Of a stretch of DNA of 64,000 nucleotides, positions 38,240 through 50,513 are shown in pieces. The stretch is taken from NCBI RefSeq assembly GCF_002105155.1, contig NW_019028993.1, forward strand, positions 186,001 through 250,000, written 5' to 3'. Within the stretch, counting starts at the first letter, position 1. Each line of letters opens with the position of its first letter. The notes below the pieces were generated by a model that worked only from the letters and a program-made list of their open reading frames with translations, ran no database searches and had not been told where the DNA came from. The position numbers and the translations under genes were made by a program. The DNA comes from Lobosporangium transversale. Taxonomy: Eukaryota.

Positions 38240-41200
38240 TGTGACAGTATATAGCCTTAAGCCTATAAAAAGGCTTGTTTTAATAATTATAATAAAATCA
38301 TCTTTTGTCTCTCTTAATTATTACACGGTAGCAAAGCTACTCTGATCCCCGACCTTCATCCCTGTCCCCTGCCCCCTGTCCCCTGCCGTACCACCCTACC
38401 TCCTCGATTTTACTTTCAACCTGCTCTCTGTGGAAGATTTAGCCCTAATCCTTGATTCCATGACGCTCACTACCGACAACCCTGTGATGACCCCCGCTTT
38501 CAAGTACCCCCAACCCGACAAGTTCGAGGGAAAGCGCGATGGCTTCTCAGCCAACACCTGGTTGCGCTCTATGCGTCGTTTCTTCGTTGGTGCCTCTGTT
38601 CCTGCTTCGGCACAGACGGTTGTAGCCATAGCCTTCCTCGGGCCTGACGCGGCCCGATGGTTTTACGGCGCAGGCATCTCTGACGATGCATCGTTCGACA
38701 CCTTTGAAAAAGGGTTCCGGGATGCGTTCGTCCCCAATGATTTCTCTCAACTCATCCGATTTCGCCTGTCCTCCCTTAAGATGAGTACTACTGTCACCGA
38801 TTACGTTGCCGAAGCCCGCGAACTCCTCACGGCACTCTTAGCTGATGAGCCTTCGGCAGGAGGACGCAAGGCAATCGAAGACTTTGCTTTCATCTGCTTC
38901 GTACAAGGGTGTCCACCTGCCTTGAACCAACTCTTGCGTGCCTTCCAGGTCACACAAACCCTGACAGTCTACCAGCTCTTTGCGGCTGCGGAACAATTTC
39001 AGCCGGACGGTATATCCCAGGCCCGCGCTGCCCCGAACACCCAGTCTTCTGCGGTTGCAGCTCAACTCCAGTCCGCTCGGGATCCCATGGCTATGGAGGT
39101 GGATAACCTGCGGATGGAACTCAATGCTTTGAGGAAGCAGTTTCATGGCCGAGGCTTCCTCTCCCCTCTCACTCCCAATGAAAGATCTGAGCTGATTAAA
39201 CGAGGCGCTTGCTTTAAGTGCCGACAAGATGGCCACCGGGCCAATGAGTGTCCTGGTCGACGTTCTCGCAACTTTAATAACTTATCCACATCTGCAGGCG
39301 ATGTCCTAGACCTTCCGTCGGGAAAAGCCTCCAGCGGCCAGGCTTAGTCCAGGGCTTGGTCGCTGCAGCAACTTCTCCCTCTCTTCTGGACAGAGGGAGT
39401 ACTAGCAAGTCAGAGTTAAGTTTTGCCAATGAGCATAATAAATCTAGTAAACTCAATAATTCTGGCATGCACACACTCCCTATTACTGGTGATTCGCCTG
39501 AAACCTTAAATTGCTCAACAACGGAAAAAGCTAAAAATGTTAAAAATGAACCATGTGCCACATTCCAATGATCACACGGCCACACTGTCATCTTCCCCCC
39601 CAACGGTGCCTAGAATGTTCGAGACAGTGGACCTGGACCCACTCGGGCCTCGCTCTATTCTAGCACCCTCTCTGCCCACCAAGAGTCAACTACGCCGCTC
39701 ACGTAAGAAGACTGTTCGACTACAGTCTTTCACAGTGGACATTGCAGCTCACACCCTACTTACATTCCTTGGTGCTGTCAATGGTCGCCCCGCCAGAATC
39801 TTAATTGATGGCGGTGCCGAGGGCAATGTCATTAGCTCCTCATTCCAAAAGCAGCACTCCATTCCTCTACAGTCCTGTTCACCCATTCCAATCATTCTTC
39901 CTAACGGCGACCGCTCCATCTCCCAACACACTGCTTCCATCACTCTTGAGCGTGACACTTACTCCGACACCCTTAATCCACTCGTCTATCCACTCAAGCA
40001 CTACGACCTTATTCTTGGCAAGCCCTGGCTCACCGCTATCAACCCTTACATTGACTGGCGCACCAATGATCTTCACCTTACTTCACATGGCAATACCGTG
40101 CGCTGGTCATGTAGAGGATTCCAAGCTAACTCTATTACAGCTAAGTCTCGTGGATTGCTTATGAGCCACATGCATTTCCAAACTGTCGCAGCACAGCCGG
40201 GCAGTGAGGTTTATCTTGCCACAGTTAAACTCCCTCAATCCTCACCAAACACCGCCACCAACATGCACCCTGATATTGCTTCTATTATCCAAGTTGAATT
40301 CCCTGACGTCTTTCCTGACTCACTTCCTGCAGGTCTTCCGCCAGATCGTGGTGACTCTATGAAGATTGGAACAGACAGCATTCCTTGCAGATATGGCCAC
40401 TATGAATTTAATGCTGTTCCATTTGGTCTAACTAGTGGCCCTGCTTCGTTCTCCACCATGACGTCACAAGCTTTGAGTCCATTGTTGGATAAATGTGTAG
40501 TACTTTACCTGGATGACATCCTGATTTACTCCAAGAATAAGAATGAACACCTGGCCCATCCTCGCAGCGTGCTCTCCCTCCTCCGGAAGAACCGTCTCTA
40601 TGCTAAACTAAGCAAGTGCTCGTTTATGCAAGAAGAAACTGAATTTCTAGGACATGTTGTTTGTAAAGACGGCATCAAGACAAGCGCGGGTCATGTCAAG
40701 GCTATCAAAGAATGGCCTCGACCCACCAAACAAAGGGATATCCAACAGTTCATTGGCCTTGCTCAGTTCTATCAGCAGTACATCCATGACTTCGCTACTA
40801 TTGCCCTACCCTTGACAGCTCTCTTGGGTGATGGTGTTGCGTTCTCTTGGGATGAGGAAAAAGAGCGCGCATTCGCTGCCTTGAAGAGCGCCATCACCAA
40901 GGCCCCGGTGCTTAGGATATTCGACCCTGACCTGCCCACAACAGTAGAAACAGACGCCTCAGGATTCGCCATAGGAGCTGTGTTGTTTCAAACAGATGAA
41001 CACGGTGAGTCCCGGCCCGTAGCGTTTACATCCAAGAAATTTAGCCCTGCCGAGAAGAACTACCCAACACACGAACAGGAGCTGCTAGCTGTCGTACATG
41101 CACTCAAAACATGGCGCTACTACCTCGATGGCACACATTTCGTCGTATACACCGATCATGCTACGTTACGCCACTTCCCAACACAGCCTAAACTAACGCG

Positions 41201-42825
41201 ACGACAAGCGCGCTAGATGGAGCTACTTGAGGAATATGATTTTGATTTCAAGTACAAGCGTGGATCGGACAACATCGTCCCTGATGCACTTTCGCGACGA
41301 CCAGATCACCAAGATCTACAATCTGTCGCTGTCAACTCACTTGTGGTCGAACTAGTGCCGAACCTGAAGCAGCGCCTGATTGAGAGTTACGCTGATGATC
41401 CAAAGCTCTCCACGATCTATAAATTCTGCCTTGAGAAATGTCCTCCGCCTAGCTACTCGTTACATGATGGACTTTTATATGTTTGGCGTCGCGGAACAAA
41501 CCTAGTCTGTATTCCGCAGAAGTCTGATATTCGTCTTACCCTTCTCCACGACGCTCACGACTCCGCTATAGCCGGACATCTCGGATTCGATAAGACCTAT
41601 GATATCCTTCGTCGTTATGTATTCTGGCCCAGGATCGCTCGCGATACTCGCAATTATATCCAAACCTGTGAAAGCTGCCAACGCAACAAGCCTAGCCGAC
41701 AACGCCCTGCAGGCCTGCTCCATCCTCTCGCGATTCCCAAAGAACGCTGGAGTGCTGTGACGATGGATTTTATTGTCAAGCTTCCCAAGACTCCTAGAGA
41801 TTTCGACGCCATCACAGTATTTGTTGATAAATTCTCCAAGCAGGTGCATTTTGTGCCTAGCACCACCAAAGACAAGGCTTCAGATGTGGCTAGGTTCTTC
41901 TTTGACAACGTGTTCAGGCTTCATGGCATGCCTACAACCATCGTCTCGGACCGTGATACAAAATTCACTAGCAAGTTCTGGCAAGAACTCCATCGGCTCA
42001 TGGGCTGCAAACTCGCCTTGTCCACAGCATTTCATCCGCAGACAGATGGCCAGACCGAACGCGCCAACCAGACATTGGAAACAATCCTTCGTGCGTTTGT
42101 AGATCAACGACAAACCAATTGGGACCTATTGCTTTCCGCTGCTGAATTTGCCTACAACAACTCGGTTAACGCGTCCGCTGGATTTTCATCTTTTTTCTTG
42201 AATGCTGGATTTAACCCGCGTGTCCCAGCATCTCTTCTACAACCTACCATCCACACATCATCAAACCCTAGTGTGAAAGAATTTTTGGAGTCCCAAAGCG
42301 CGGCGCTTACGTTGGCAAAGGAAGCCATGGAAGAGGCAAGAGAGAGGCAGGCAAGAGGCGCAAATGCTCGCCGACGTGATCACTCATTTACTGTTGGAGA
42401 CCAGGTACTACTCAGCACAGATAATATCACCGTTGACACTGATAAGAACAGGCCGACGGAAAAGCTCCGAGCATTATTCGCTGGGCCTCATACCATTGTC
42501 GAACAAATCTCGCCTGTATCATTCCGATTAGAGCTTCCAAATACGATGAAGATCCATGATGTGTTCCATGTGGACCGTTTTAAAAAATACATTCCATCGC
42601 CAGAGGCCTTAGGGCCCAGAGTTCCAGCACGGCCGCCGCCTGAAATTATTGATGATGAAGAGGAATACGAGGTCGAAGCTATTTTAGACCATCGATTCAG
42701 TAGCAATCGCCAGGAGTCCCTCATTAAATGGAAAGGCTACCCTAGAGAGGACTCCACTTGGCAGCCAGAGAGCACCCTTACAAACTGCACCAGGATGCTG
42801 AAGAAATACAAGAAAACACATAGAC
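38240..42825 (+). mobile_element. Ty3/Gypsy chromovirus family 2, degenerate, 3' LTR lost
   Basis: 86-bp 5' LTR 38240-38325; gag 38430-39347 with CFKCRQDGHRANEC. pol has a frameshift at ~39550, a deleted RT N-terminal part and TGG>TAG at 41214. The chromodomain is cut at its end by a Tc1-B insertion. Confidence 0.9.
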
Positions 42826-42827
42826 TA

Positions 42828-44429
42828 TGGTGCATTTCAGTACTAATGCAATAAATTGCACTTTTGGACATTCATTCCTCATTCTCCTTTTTCTTTCTAA
42901 TGATCTTCCATGTCATCGCTGTTTCTCATTCGTATTTGTCTCACCTCCATGGACTGTCATCACCATCCTCATCAATGTCGCAATTAGCATTTAATCGCAA
43001 TTTGCTTTCATTACCTTATTGCATCTGCTAAGTTAATTTTTAACTTCCTGTTCCCTTTATTTCGGGTACTTCTCTTCTGTCTTAATGATGTTTCCTCCTT
43101 TTGCCTTATATAACTCCCTCATCCTCTTTGGCATGTCGCAATATAGCTTTTCCAAGAATTCAGGAGGGATTTGTGCCCATACGTCTTGAACCCGATCCCA
43201 AAGGTCCTCCATATTCTTTGGCTTGTCTGGATATTGATCCAACTTCATCTTCATATATGCCCATACTTTTTCTATTGGGTTGATGTCAGGAGAGTTTGCT
43301 GGCCATTCCATGAGAGCTATCTTAGACTTTTTGATATAGTCCATTGCAATTTTTGCAGTATGGATCCTAGCATTGTCTTGCTGATATATGAATTTGTGCT
43401 TTTCCATTGAATAGTAATCCCGGGATTTAAAAATATAATCCTTGAGGACATCAACGTAGGTTACCGAATCAACCTTGCCTGGGAGCCAACAGCCATCGCC
43501 TGGTCCGTAGTATGTGATACAACCCCAGAACATCATTTTGCCTCCACCGCCTTGCCTTGTCTTTTTGATATGATGTGCTCGTAGAGTTTTTTCTCCTCGA
43601 TATTTGTAATAGAACTTTCTTCCACAGGACCTAACCCTGCTGAATATGGTCTCATCTGAGAACATGACATTCTTCCAGTCGTCTATAGTCCAGTTCAAGT
43701 GATCCTTTGCAAAATTATATCGAGCAAGGATATGTTCCTTCTTCAGATCAGGCTGCTTCTGTTTAACATATGCCTTCATATCATCCTCCATGAGGTACCT
43801 CCAGATGCTCGTTTTAGAAACCTGCACTCCATCCCTTGATTGGGCTAGTTGCTGGCCATTTTCGAGAGTCTCCAATACACCCATGTCGAAATATCTCGAT
43901 AAGAGCCGTTTTGTTTCCTTGGTGACTTTGCAAGGTTGGCCCCCTTTCAACTTTGGAATATCTTCTTTACTTCTTTTCCTAATCCTTTGAACTGAGGTAA
44001 CGGATATCCCAAAGCTCCTTGCCACTTCCCAGCATGACTTTCCCTGAAGAAGCTGAGCAGTTGCATTTTGGACAATTGATTTGGACAGTGACTTCATGTT
44101 ATAATAAAGATATGACAGATATGTAGAGTGTCGCCTGGTGTATCAGCGGTGATAGCGCTATAGAGAAAGAATAAAGAAAAAGTGAGAAGTAAGGGATGGA
44201 CAAACCTGACATGTACTTTTTTCTGCAACTGATGCAATGAGACATGACTATACAAATTGCGATTAAATGCTAATTGCGTCATTGATGAGGATGGTGATGA
44301 CAGTCCATGGAGGTGAGACAAATACGAATGAGAAACAGCGATGACATGGAAGATCATTAGAAAGAAAAAGGAGAATGAGGAATGAATGTCCAAAAGTGCA
44401 ATTTATTGCATTAGTACTGAAATGCACCA
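42828..44429 (-). mobile_element. Tc1/mariner family B, full length (1602 bp), 177-bp TIRs
   Basis: TIRs 42828-43004 and 44253-44429 (1 mismatch), TA on both sides. Confidence 0.95.
43057..44097 (-). CDS. Tc1 DD34E transposase, intact 346 aa
   Basis: HTH N-terminus; MFSDET; QQDNARIH followed by 34 residues to NPIE. Confidence 0.95.
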   Translation of the reverse strand: MKSLSKSIVQNATAQLLQGKSCWEVARSFGISVTSVQRIRKRSKEDIPKLKGGQPCKVTKETKRLLSRYFDMGVLETLENGQQLAQSRDGVQVSKTSIWRYLMEDDMKAYVKQKQPDLKKEHILARYNFAKDHLNWTIDDWKNVMFSDETIFSRVRSCGRKFYYKYRGEKTLRAHHIKKTRQGGGGKMMFWGCITYYGPGDGCWLPGKVDSVTYVDVLKDYIFKSRDYYSMEKHKFIYQQDNARIHTAKIAMDYIKKSKIALMEWPANSPDINPIEKVWAYMKMKLDQYPDKPKNMEDLWDRVQDVWAQIPPEFLEKLYCDMPKRMRELYKAKGGNIIKTEEKYPK

Positions 44430-44432
44430 TAC

Positions 44433-44600
44433 TATTGTGCCAATAGTTCGAATAAATCGAAGCCTCGAATCATTCGAACCATTCGAATAGCATTCGAATT
44501 TTGATATCTATTCGAATTCGAATCGAATTTGAGCTTACCTCATTCGAATCCAATTCGATATCAGTGAAATTCGATTCGAATGGTTCGAATAGGAGCACTG
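44433..44600. mobile_element. Fragment of hAT-like MITE with TTCGAA subterminal repeats
   Basis: Ends in TTCGAATAGGAGCACTG; reverse complement of ~50003-50136. Confidence 0.75.
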
Positions 44601-44602
44601 CT

Positions 44603-44871
44603 CAAGTGTGTGGGAGATAATTTGAAAAAAATTCAGCAAAGGTACGTAAAATAAGTGATGGTTATATAGTTGTCCAAATGACATTAAATACTTTTGTCAA
44701 TTAAAAACCATGATGAATGAGACTAGAGATATTTTAAACTGGACCAGTACACTTAACATTGGCATACTTGTTTATTCTGATAAAAATAAAAGTGCAAGCA
44801 AACATCGCTATTATTCTTGTCAAGATGGAAAACATGGGCGCGGAACATGTGGACAATTTTGGAAGCCACTG
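44603..44871 (-). mobile_element. Terminal fragment of Tc1 family A
   Basis: Diverged copy of 27281-27549 ending GGAAGCCACTG+TA. Confidence 0.85.
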
Positions 44872-45060
44872 TATGAAATAAAGCACGTTACATTACCTTC
44901 GCACGCAGACATGATAATGCAGACTGTCCAGGAACACCAAATTAATGCAGAGATTACCAGGGACGGATACCACCGGAATGATAAATACTTACGAATGTCG
45001 ATTGGATAATAGCGTCAATGAAAGATTGGCACAGATGTGAGGCCTTCACGTTCTAACGGT

Positions 45061-45105
<45 letters not shown>

Positions 45106-45834
45106 AAAATAATGGGAACGCAATGAAAGGAAAATACAAATGGGAGGAAATTAGGTGTGTACTGAGTGAGGAAAACTAGAACAGAGGAAGCGAAGGAAAA
45201 ATCAGTGAGCAGGGAAAATGGGTGCGTATAAGGAAAGGAAATCGGTGTGCGAAAGTAAATTGAAATGATTGATTCACAGAATGAGAAAAAGCTGTGCAAA
45301 GAGAGCGAGAGAGAGAAATAGGTGCACAGAGAATGAAATAAAAAATGGGCAGGGAATGTGTGCTGAGAGATAAAAGTGAAAAAAATTGGTGAGGAAAATA
45401 AAAAAATAATGGACAAAATAAGCGAGGAAAGAGAGAGTAAGAGGTGTCTAGAGAGAGAGAAAGAGGTGCACATGGAGGAGCAAAAATTAAAGATGTAAAG
45501 AAAGAGATAAAAAAAATAGATGTAACCTTGAATTAAATGTTTAACGTGTAGTTAAGGTGCGAAAACAAAGATTCTGAAGGATAATCAAGCAATAGAGAGG
45601 AAAATGTATGTATTACATATAATTGTATGATGGATGATGGGAATAAAAACGTGTGTACGTAATTTTATTTTTAGTGAGCACATCCTATTGCCACTCTTTT
45701 TTTTTTCTCACACATCCATCTTTCTTTCTTTCATCCCTCTTCCTCTAAGCATTTCTCTTTCAATCTTCACATTAACGCCAACATTCTTGCTCAGTTCACT
45801 TTAATCAAATTCGCTCTTGCTGATTTACTGTCAA

Positions 45835-45866
<32 letters not shown>

Positions 45867-45886
45867 CAGTACGCAATTAAACCAAG

Positions 45887-46690
45887 ATGACTCAAAAAAT
45901 TAAGCTCTTTTGTATTCTCGACGGCGACTCTTCCGCATTTGAAGTCCAATTGGATGCTGATGACTCAATTGCTGCTCTCAAAAAAGCAATCAAGAAGGAA
46001 AAAGAACCTGAATTCGACTACATTCCTGCCGACAAATTGAATCTCTTCCACGTCTCTGTTCCTGATGAGGGCGCTACAATCAATCTCGCCAATATTGAAT
46101 CAAAGGAGCTACTCACCAGAGCAACAAGCAAGATCTCCAAGATATTTGGCACATCGCCTCTGCCTGAGGAGACTATCAACGTCATTATTCAGCGGCCATT
46201 GGAAGGTAAGGGATTGGCTATTTGTTCTCAAACTTTTGTGTATGACATCATAGTCTGCAATTGCGTCTTTTTGATTGCTGCTTCCATTTTGAGCTTATTT
46301 AAATTCTAATTGCTTGCTACTGCGGCATGCAAGCATTTAATTACTTGCCATGTGGTGACGCTTGTTCTAATCATTGATTATGTCTAATGATCCATCTTTT
46401 TTTATTTTTGGTTTTGCATTATTGCGGTTTAGATCCGTCTACTTCCACTTCGAGTAAGACTCATTTGTTTAATTGGTTCTCTTCTTTTTTCAAAAGGTTA
46501 ATCATCGCACATGTGCTTGACGGCTACCTCTGATGCTTTTTCTTTTTCTTTTTTTCTTGCCAATTTCTATCATTGCTTCCTTTACCAACAGACTCGGAGA
46601 AAAAAAGGAGGGCCGATGACTTATGTAAGCTAATTCTCCCTTAAGGATTGGAAACCGATTCTTTATTTTTCTCTTCTGACAGGTCTTGCT

Positions 46691-46723
<33 letters not shown>

Positions 46724-48601
46724 TGCCGCCAGTTTTGAAAAAGAAGAAGTGGACCGTCAACGGACCGATCAGATTCGACGCTGTTAATCAAGTCTACTAT
46801 GTGGATCCTGCGGAACATGACGACAATAAGAAAATACTACAGAGCGTTTTTGACCGCGAGATAGTGATGCTCATAGGCGCACGTGCCTCTGGAAAAACAA
46901 CACGGTTGTATCGACTTATCACCCAATTAACTGACTTTGGGTATCGCTGCCTCCCGTAAGCCAACTTCCGCGAAAATGGATAAAGTGGATGCAATGTATG
47001 CGCTATTGTACCGGTACTAACCTTATATTTTTCATTTAGACTATCATTTGAGGAAGTTAACGTTCGCAATAATGAGTCTGATTTCTGGGGGACTTTTGGT
47101 GATGCTCTTCGTTTCAGCTATAAAGCGGTCAGTGTTATTACAACCCAACGAGAATTCCTCAATGCTTTCAGTCAAATTGAACTCAAGGACGAGAAGTTTG
47201 TCATCTTGATTGATGAGTTTGATGAACTGTTCAAAGCAGGTGATGAAGTCAGAAATATTTTTTTGAAAACACTCCGAGCAATGAGTAGAAACAATGCCTA
47301 CGCCATTCACAGTGTTATCTTATGTGGAACCTTTAGTCTTCAGCGCCTTCGGACAACAGATCAACACATATCCCCGTTCAATGTCAACAATACTATCAGG
47401 AACCCGTATTTCACTCTTGATCAAACGCAGCAGCTCTTTAATGACTATGCGAAGGATGAGATGATTAAAATAGATGATGAGATTATTCGAGACATACACT
47501 GGAAGTCAAATGGGTATGTTTTTTAAGCTTAGTTAACTCTCCACGAGTTGATGTGCCATTCTAATACAATGAATTGTGCTCAATGTCAATAGTCATCCAG
47601 GAATGATTTGTCTTTGTGGACGCTCCATTCATGAGGATCTTCGCTCGAAAGTCAACGACTCGACGAATTGTCTCGATTACGATACATGGCAGGACTTCTC
47701 CATAGACAATCAGAATGAGAGGATGTTTTCGTACCATACTTTTAGAAGGATGGTTGATTCACTTTTGAGTGAATCAGCTACAGATGCTGTTAATCTTCTC
47801 CGAACATATTTTATTGGGTATCTCGGCGTTATATCTATCTCAGACATGGAAAAACAGAGATTGGCAGACTTCCTAACTGCAGAAGGGGTGCTGATAAGAC
47901 TTGATGGCAGTAAATACTGTATGGCCTCAGCATTCATTGACTCGTTTGTGAGGAGATATATTATCCCATCAAAATATCCCCACGCTCCTTCGGAGTCACC
48001 CCCAAAGAAAAGAGGAGGATCATTGGATATTCTAGAGATTATGAAGATTGCTCTTCGATTTTTCGATAAAAACTTGATTATGCAGGCGGGAAGTCGATCA
48101 TACAAAGGATCGGGGAAAACAGTTAAGGTTATGGGCGACTGCAATGTCAGTGTCCCTCGAGAGAGCGTCTATGACGCGGAATTGATGAGGGTTCTCACCA
48201 ACTGGCTAAACAAAACAGAAGAGTATGAGATCATTGGTCAGTGGCACCTCCGTGAGCGTGAGGACCACAAATATAGTGACATTGTCATCAAGAAAGCAGG
48301 AAACCCTACGGTTGTTATCGAGCTTTTGGCTACAGGGAGTCAAACTTCTATTAAGGGCCATATCAGCAAGACGCTAACTTACAAACGTTTACTCCCAGCA
48401 GAAGAAGCTTGGGTTGTTCATTTTACCTGTGAGGACGACTATTTTAAGTACCCATACTGGCAAACCAACGCGGAACTGGACCAAGGGGCGAATTTGGTGC
48501 ATTTCTGGCACGATAGGAGTTTTAATACAGTGCGGATGAATGCTCGCTGGAAGGACAGTGGCAATACTCAAAGAATTGACAATGAGCTGTTGACTGTCTA
48601 A
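45887..48601 (+). CDS. CRN protein copy 2 (695 aa); exons 45887-46205, 46433-46453, 46592-46624, 46724-46955, 47040-47513, 47593-48601
   Basis: All introns are GT-AG and the exons sum to 2088 nt in frame. CRN header, Walker A GARASGKTT, Walker B FVILIDEFD; the last exon matches copy 1. Confidence 0.92.
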
Positions 48602-49864
48602 CAGCAATTCTATTTTTTTTTTACCCAGCATTGTAAGGACGTCCCATTTTGTTGACATAGGCTTTATAATTTTGCAGATCTGTTTAAATAGCTGTTACTT
48701 TGTATATTTCGCATTGATTGCATTAAAACACTCTCTCTTCATTAATGACAAACAATTTACTTTATGTATCTATACCTTAATCTATATTTATATATTAGTC
48801 AGAAAGGCTTCGGGTCGAGTTGGGTAACCTGGCTGTCACGTCACGAGCCTTATTGCGGGACCTATTTTGGGGCAAATGATATCTATTCAGCAACAAATGT
48901 CGATGCATGCGGAGCATGTTCTACCAAAAGTGTAGTAAGGACATAATATCTTCTATAACGTAAACACCATTCAACGTGGTAGCATCCACCCAATCTGAAG
49001 AACTATGTATATAGAATAATAATAAATAGTTGCTGACTTTTTATGAATAGGCGTGCTTGTCAGCCTGAAACGACACAAATTGGCATTGAACTTTTTGATA
49101 CGAGATGTGAGCTTGAGGGTGCCATGGACACAAAGGGAAGTATAAAGAGAAGACTGAAACTTTCTTCTGACAACTGAAAATACAAATCGAATACATGATA
49201 CTGAAGTACAAGGCATTTACCGCGAAACTTGGCTGTGTTAATTTGTTCTGAAAAAGATATCAGATCATTAAACTCACTTTAAATGCGCAAACCGGGCTTC
49301 ATTACGACATCTGGGCTACATGGGCTCACAAAAGTGATGTTAGCCATGTACAGCCTTCCACATTTGAAAGTAGAAACACGTACACCAAATATTTTTATGT
49401 TGGCTTCAACTTTAATGAATTTGACCCACTTATTGACACATCGATTGGGCCGCTGATAAGGCGTAATCGACGTCTGCCAAAAAATGGCCCGTGTCTCTTC
49501 CTCTGTATGCTCATATTTATTTTTTTGCTTTGTATCTCTTCCTTTTTCTTGTGTTTTTTCCATTCTCTTGTGTCTCATCTCCCTCACTGCGTGTTGGTTT
49601 TGTTCTTTGTCTCTTTCCTCTTGACCATTCTTACATTTTTCTTTTATCTTTCCACAATGAGTGAATCCAACAAATACATTTTTTTCTTTTGTGCCAAAGG
49701 ACTCGTGGAAAAAAAGAAAAAAGGTGAAGAAAAATTACTCCGTGAATATCATGATCATTTAAATCGTTATCACTTATCCACCCTGGTTGAGATCGAGTTA
49801 AAAAATACAACTGAACCTTTCCTCATTCATCGTAATCCCATGTCAGACATGGCCTTTCTCCTCT

Positions 49865-49896
<32 letters not shown>

Positions 49897-50002
49897 CAAC
49901 CGTACATCTGTGTTACGACACTACAAGACCTGTAAAGGTTGCCGAAAATAATGCGCCGCCGGTCCCTCCAGCCTCGAATGCCGATACATGTTCAGATGGC
50001 CA

Positions 50003-50150
50003 CGGAGCTCCTATTCGAACCATTCGAATCGAATTTCACTGATATCGAATTCGATTCGAATGAGGTAAGCTCAAATTCGATTCGAATTCGATTAGATATC
50101 AAAATTCGAATGTTATTCGAACTATTGGCACAATAGTAAATGATAATTTT

Positions 50151-50186
<36 letters not shown>

Positions 50187-50378
50187 ATTGGGTGTAAAGT
50201 ACAAGGACCATACTTTCGCTACGCGTAACCAGTGGTCCAATTCGAACCATTCGAACCATTCGAATCGAACCAGGATATGGCTTATTCGAATCGATTCGAA
50301 TTTATCACGATTCGAATTCGAATCGAATGCATTCGAAGCTATTCGAATTCGATCCGTTCGAATCGAATAGGAGCACTG
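50003..50378. mobile_element. hAT-like MITE (TIR CAGTGCTCCTATTCGA) with dense TTCGAA repeats
   Basis: Left CGGAGCTCCTATTCGAA, right TCGAATAGGAGCACTG; flanks show no TSD. Confidence 0.75.
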
Positions 50379-50513
50379 GGGCAGGGGACAGGGATGAAGG
50401 TCGGGGATCAGAGTAGCTTTGCTACCATGTAATAATTAAGAGAGACAAAAGATGATTTTATTGTAATTATTAAAACAAGCCTTTTTATAGGCTTAAGGCT
50501 ATATACTGTCACA
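50379..50513 (-). repeat. Second family-2 LTR (50428-50513, 86 bp) plus PBS and a stub of leader
   Basis: Reverse complement of ~38240-38375; TG...CA ends; intact PBS TGGTAGCAAAG. Confidence 0.9.

Noticed and set aside
49658..49866. Resemblance of LLREYHDHLNRYHLSTLVEIEL to the RlmH methyltransferase N-terminus
   Set aside because: No SPOUT knot motifs follow; the His/Cys pattern in the paralog fits a zinc finger better.
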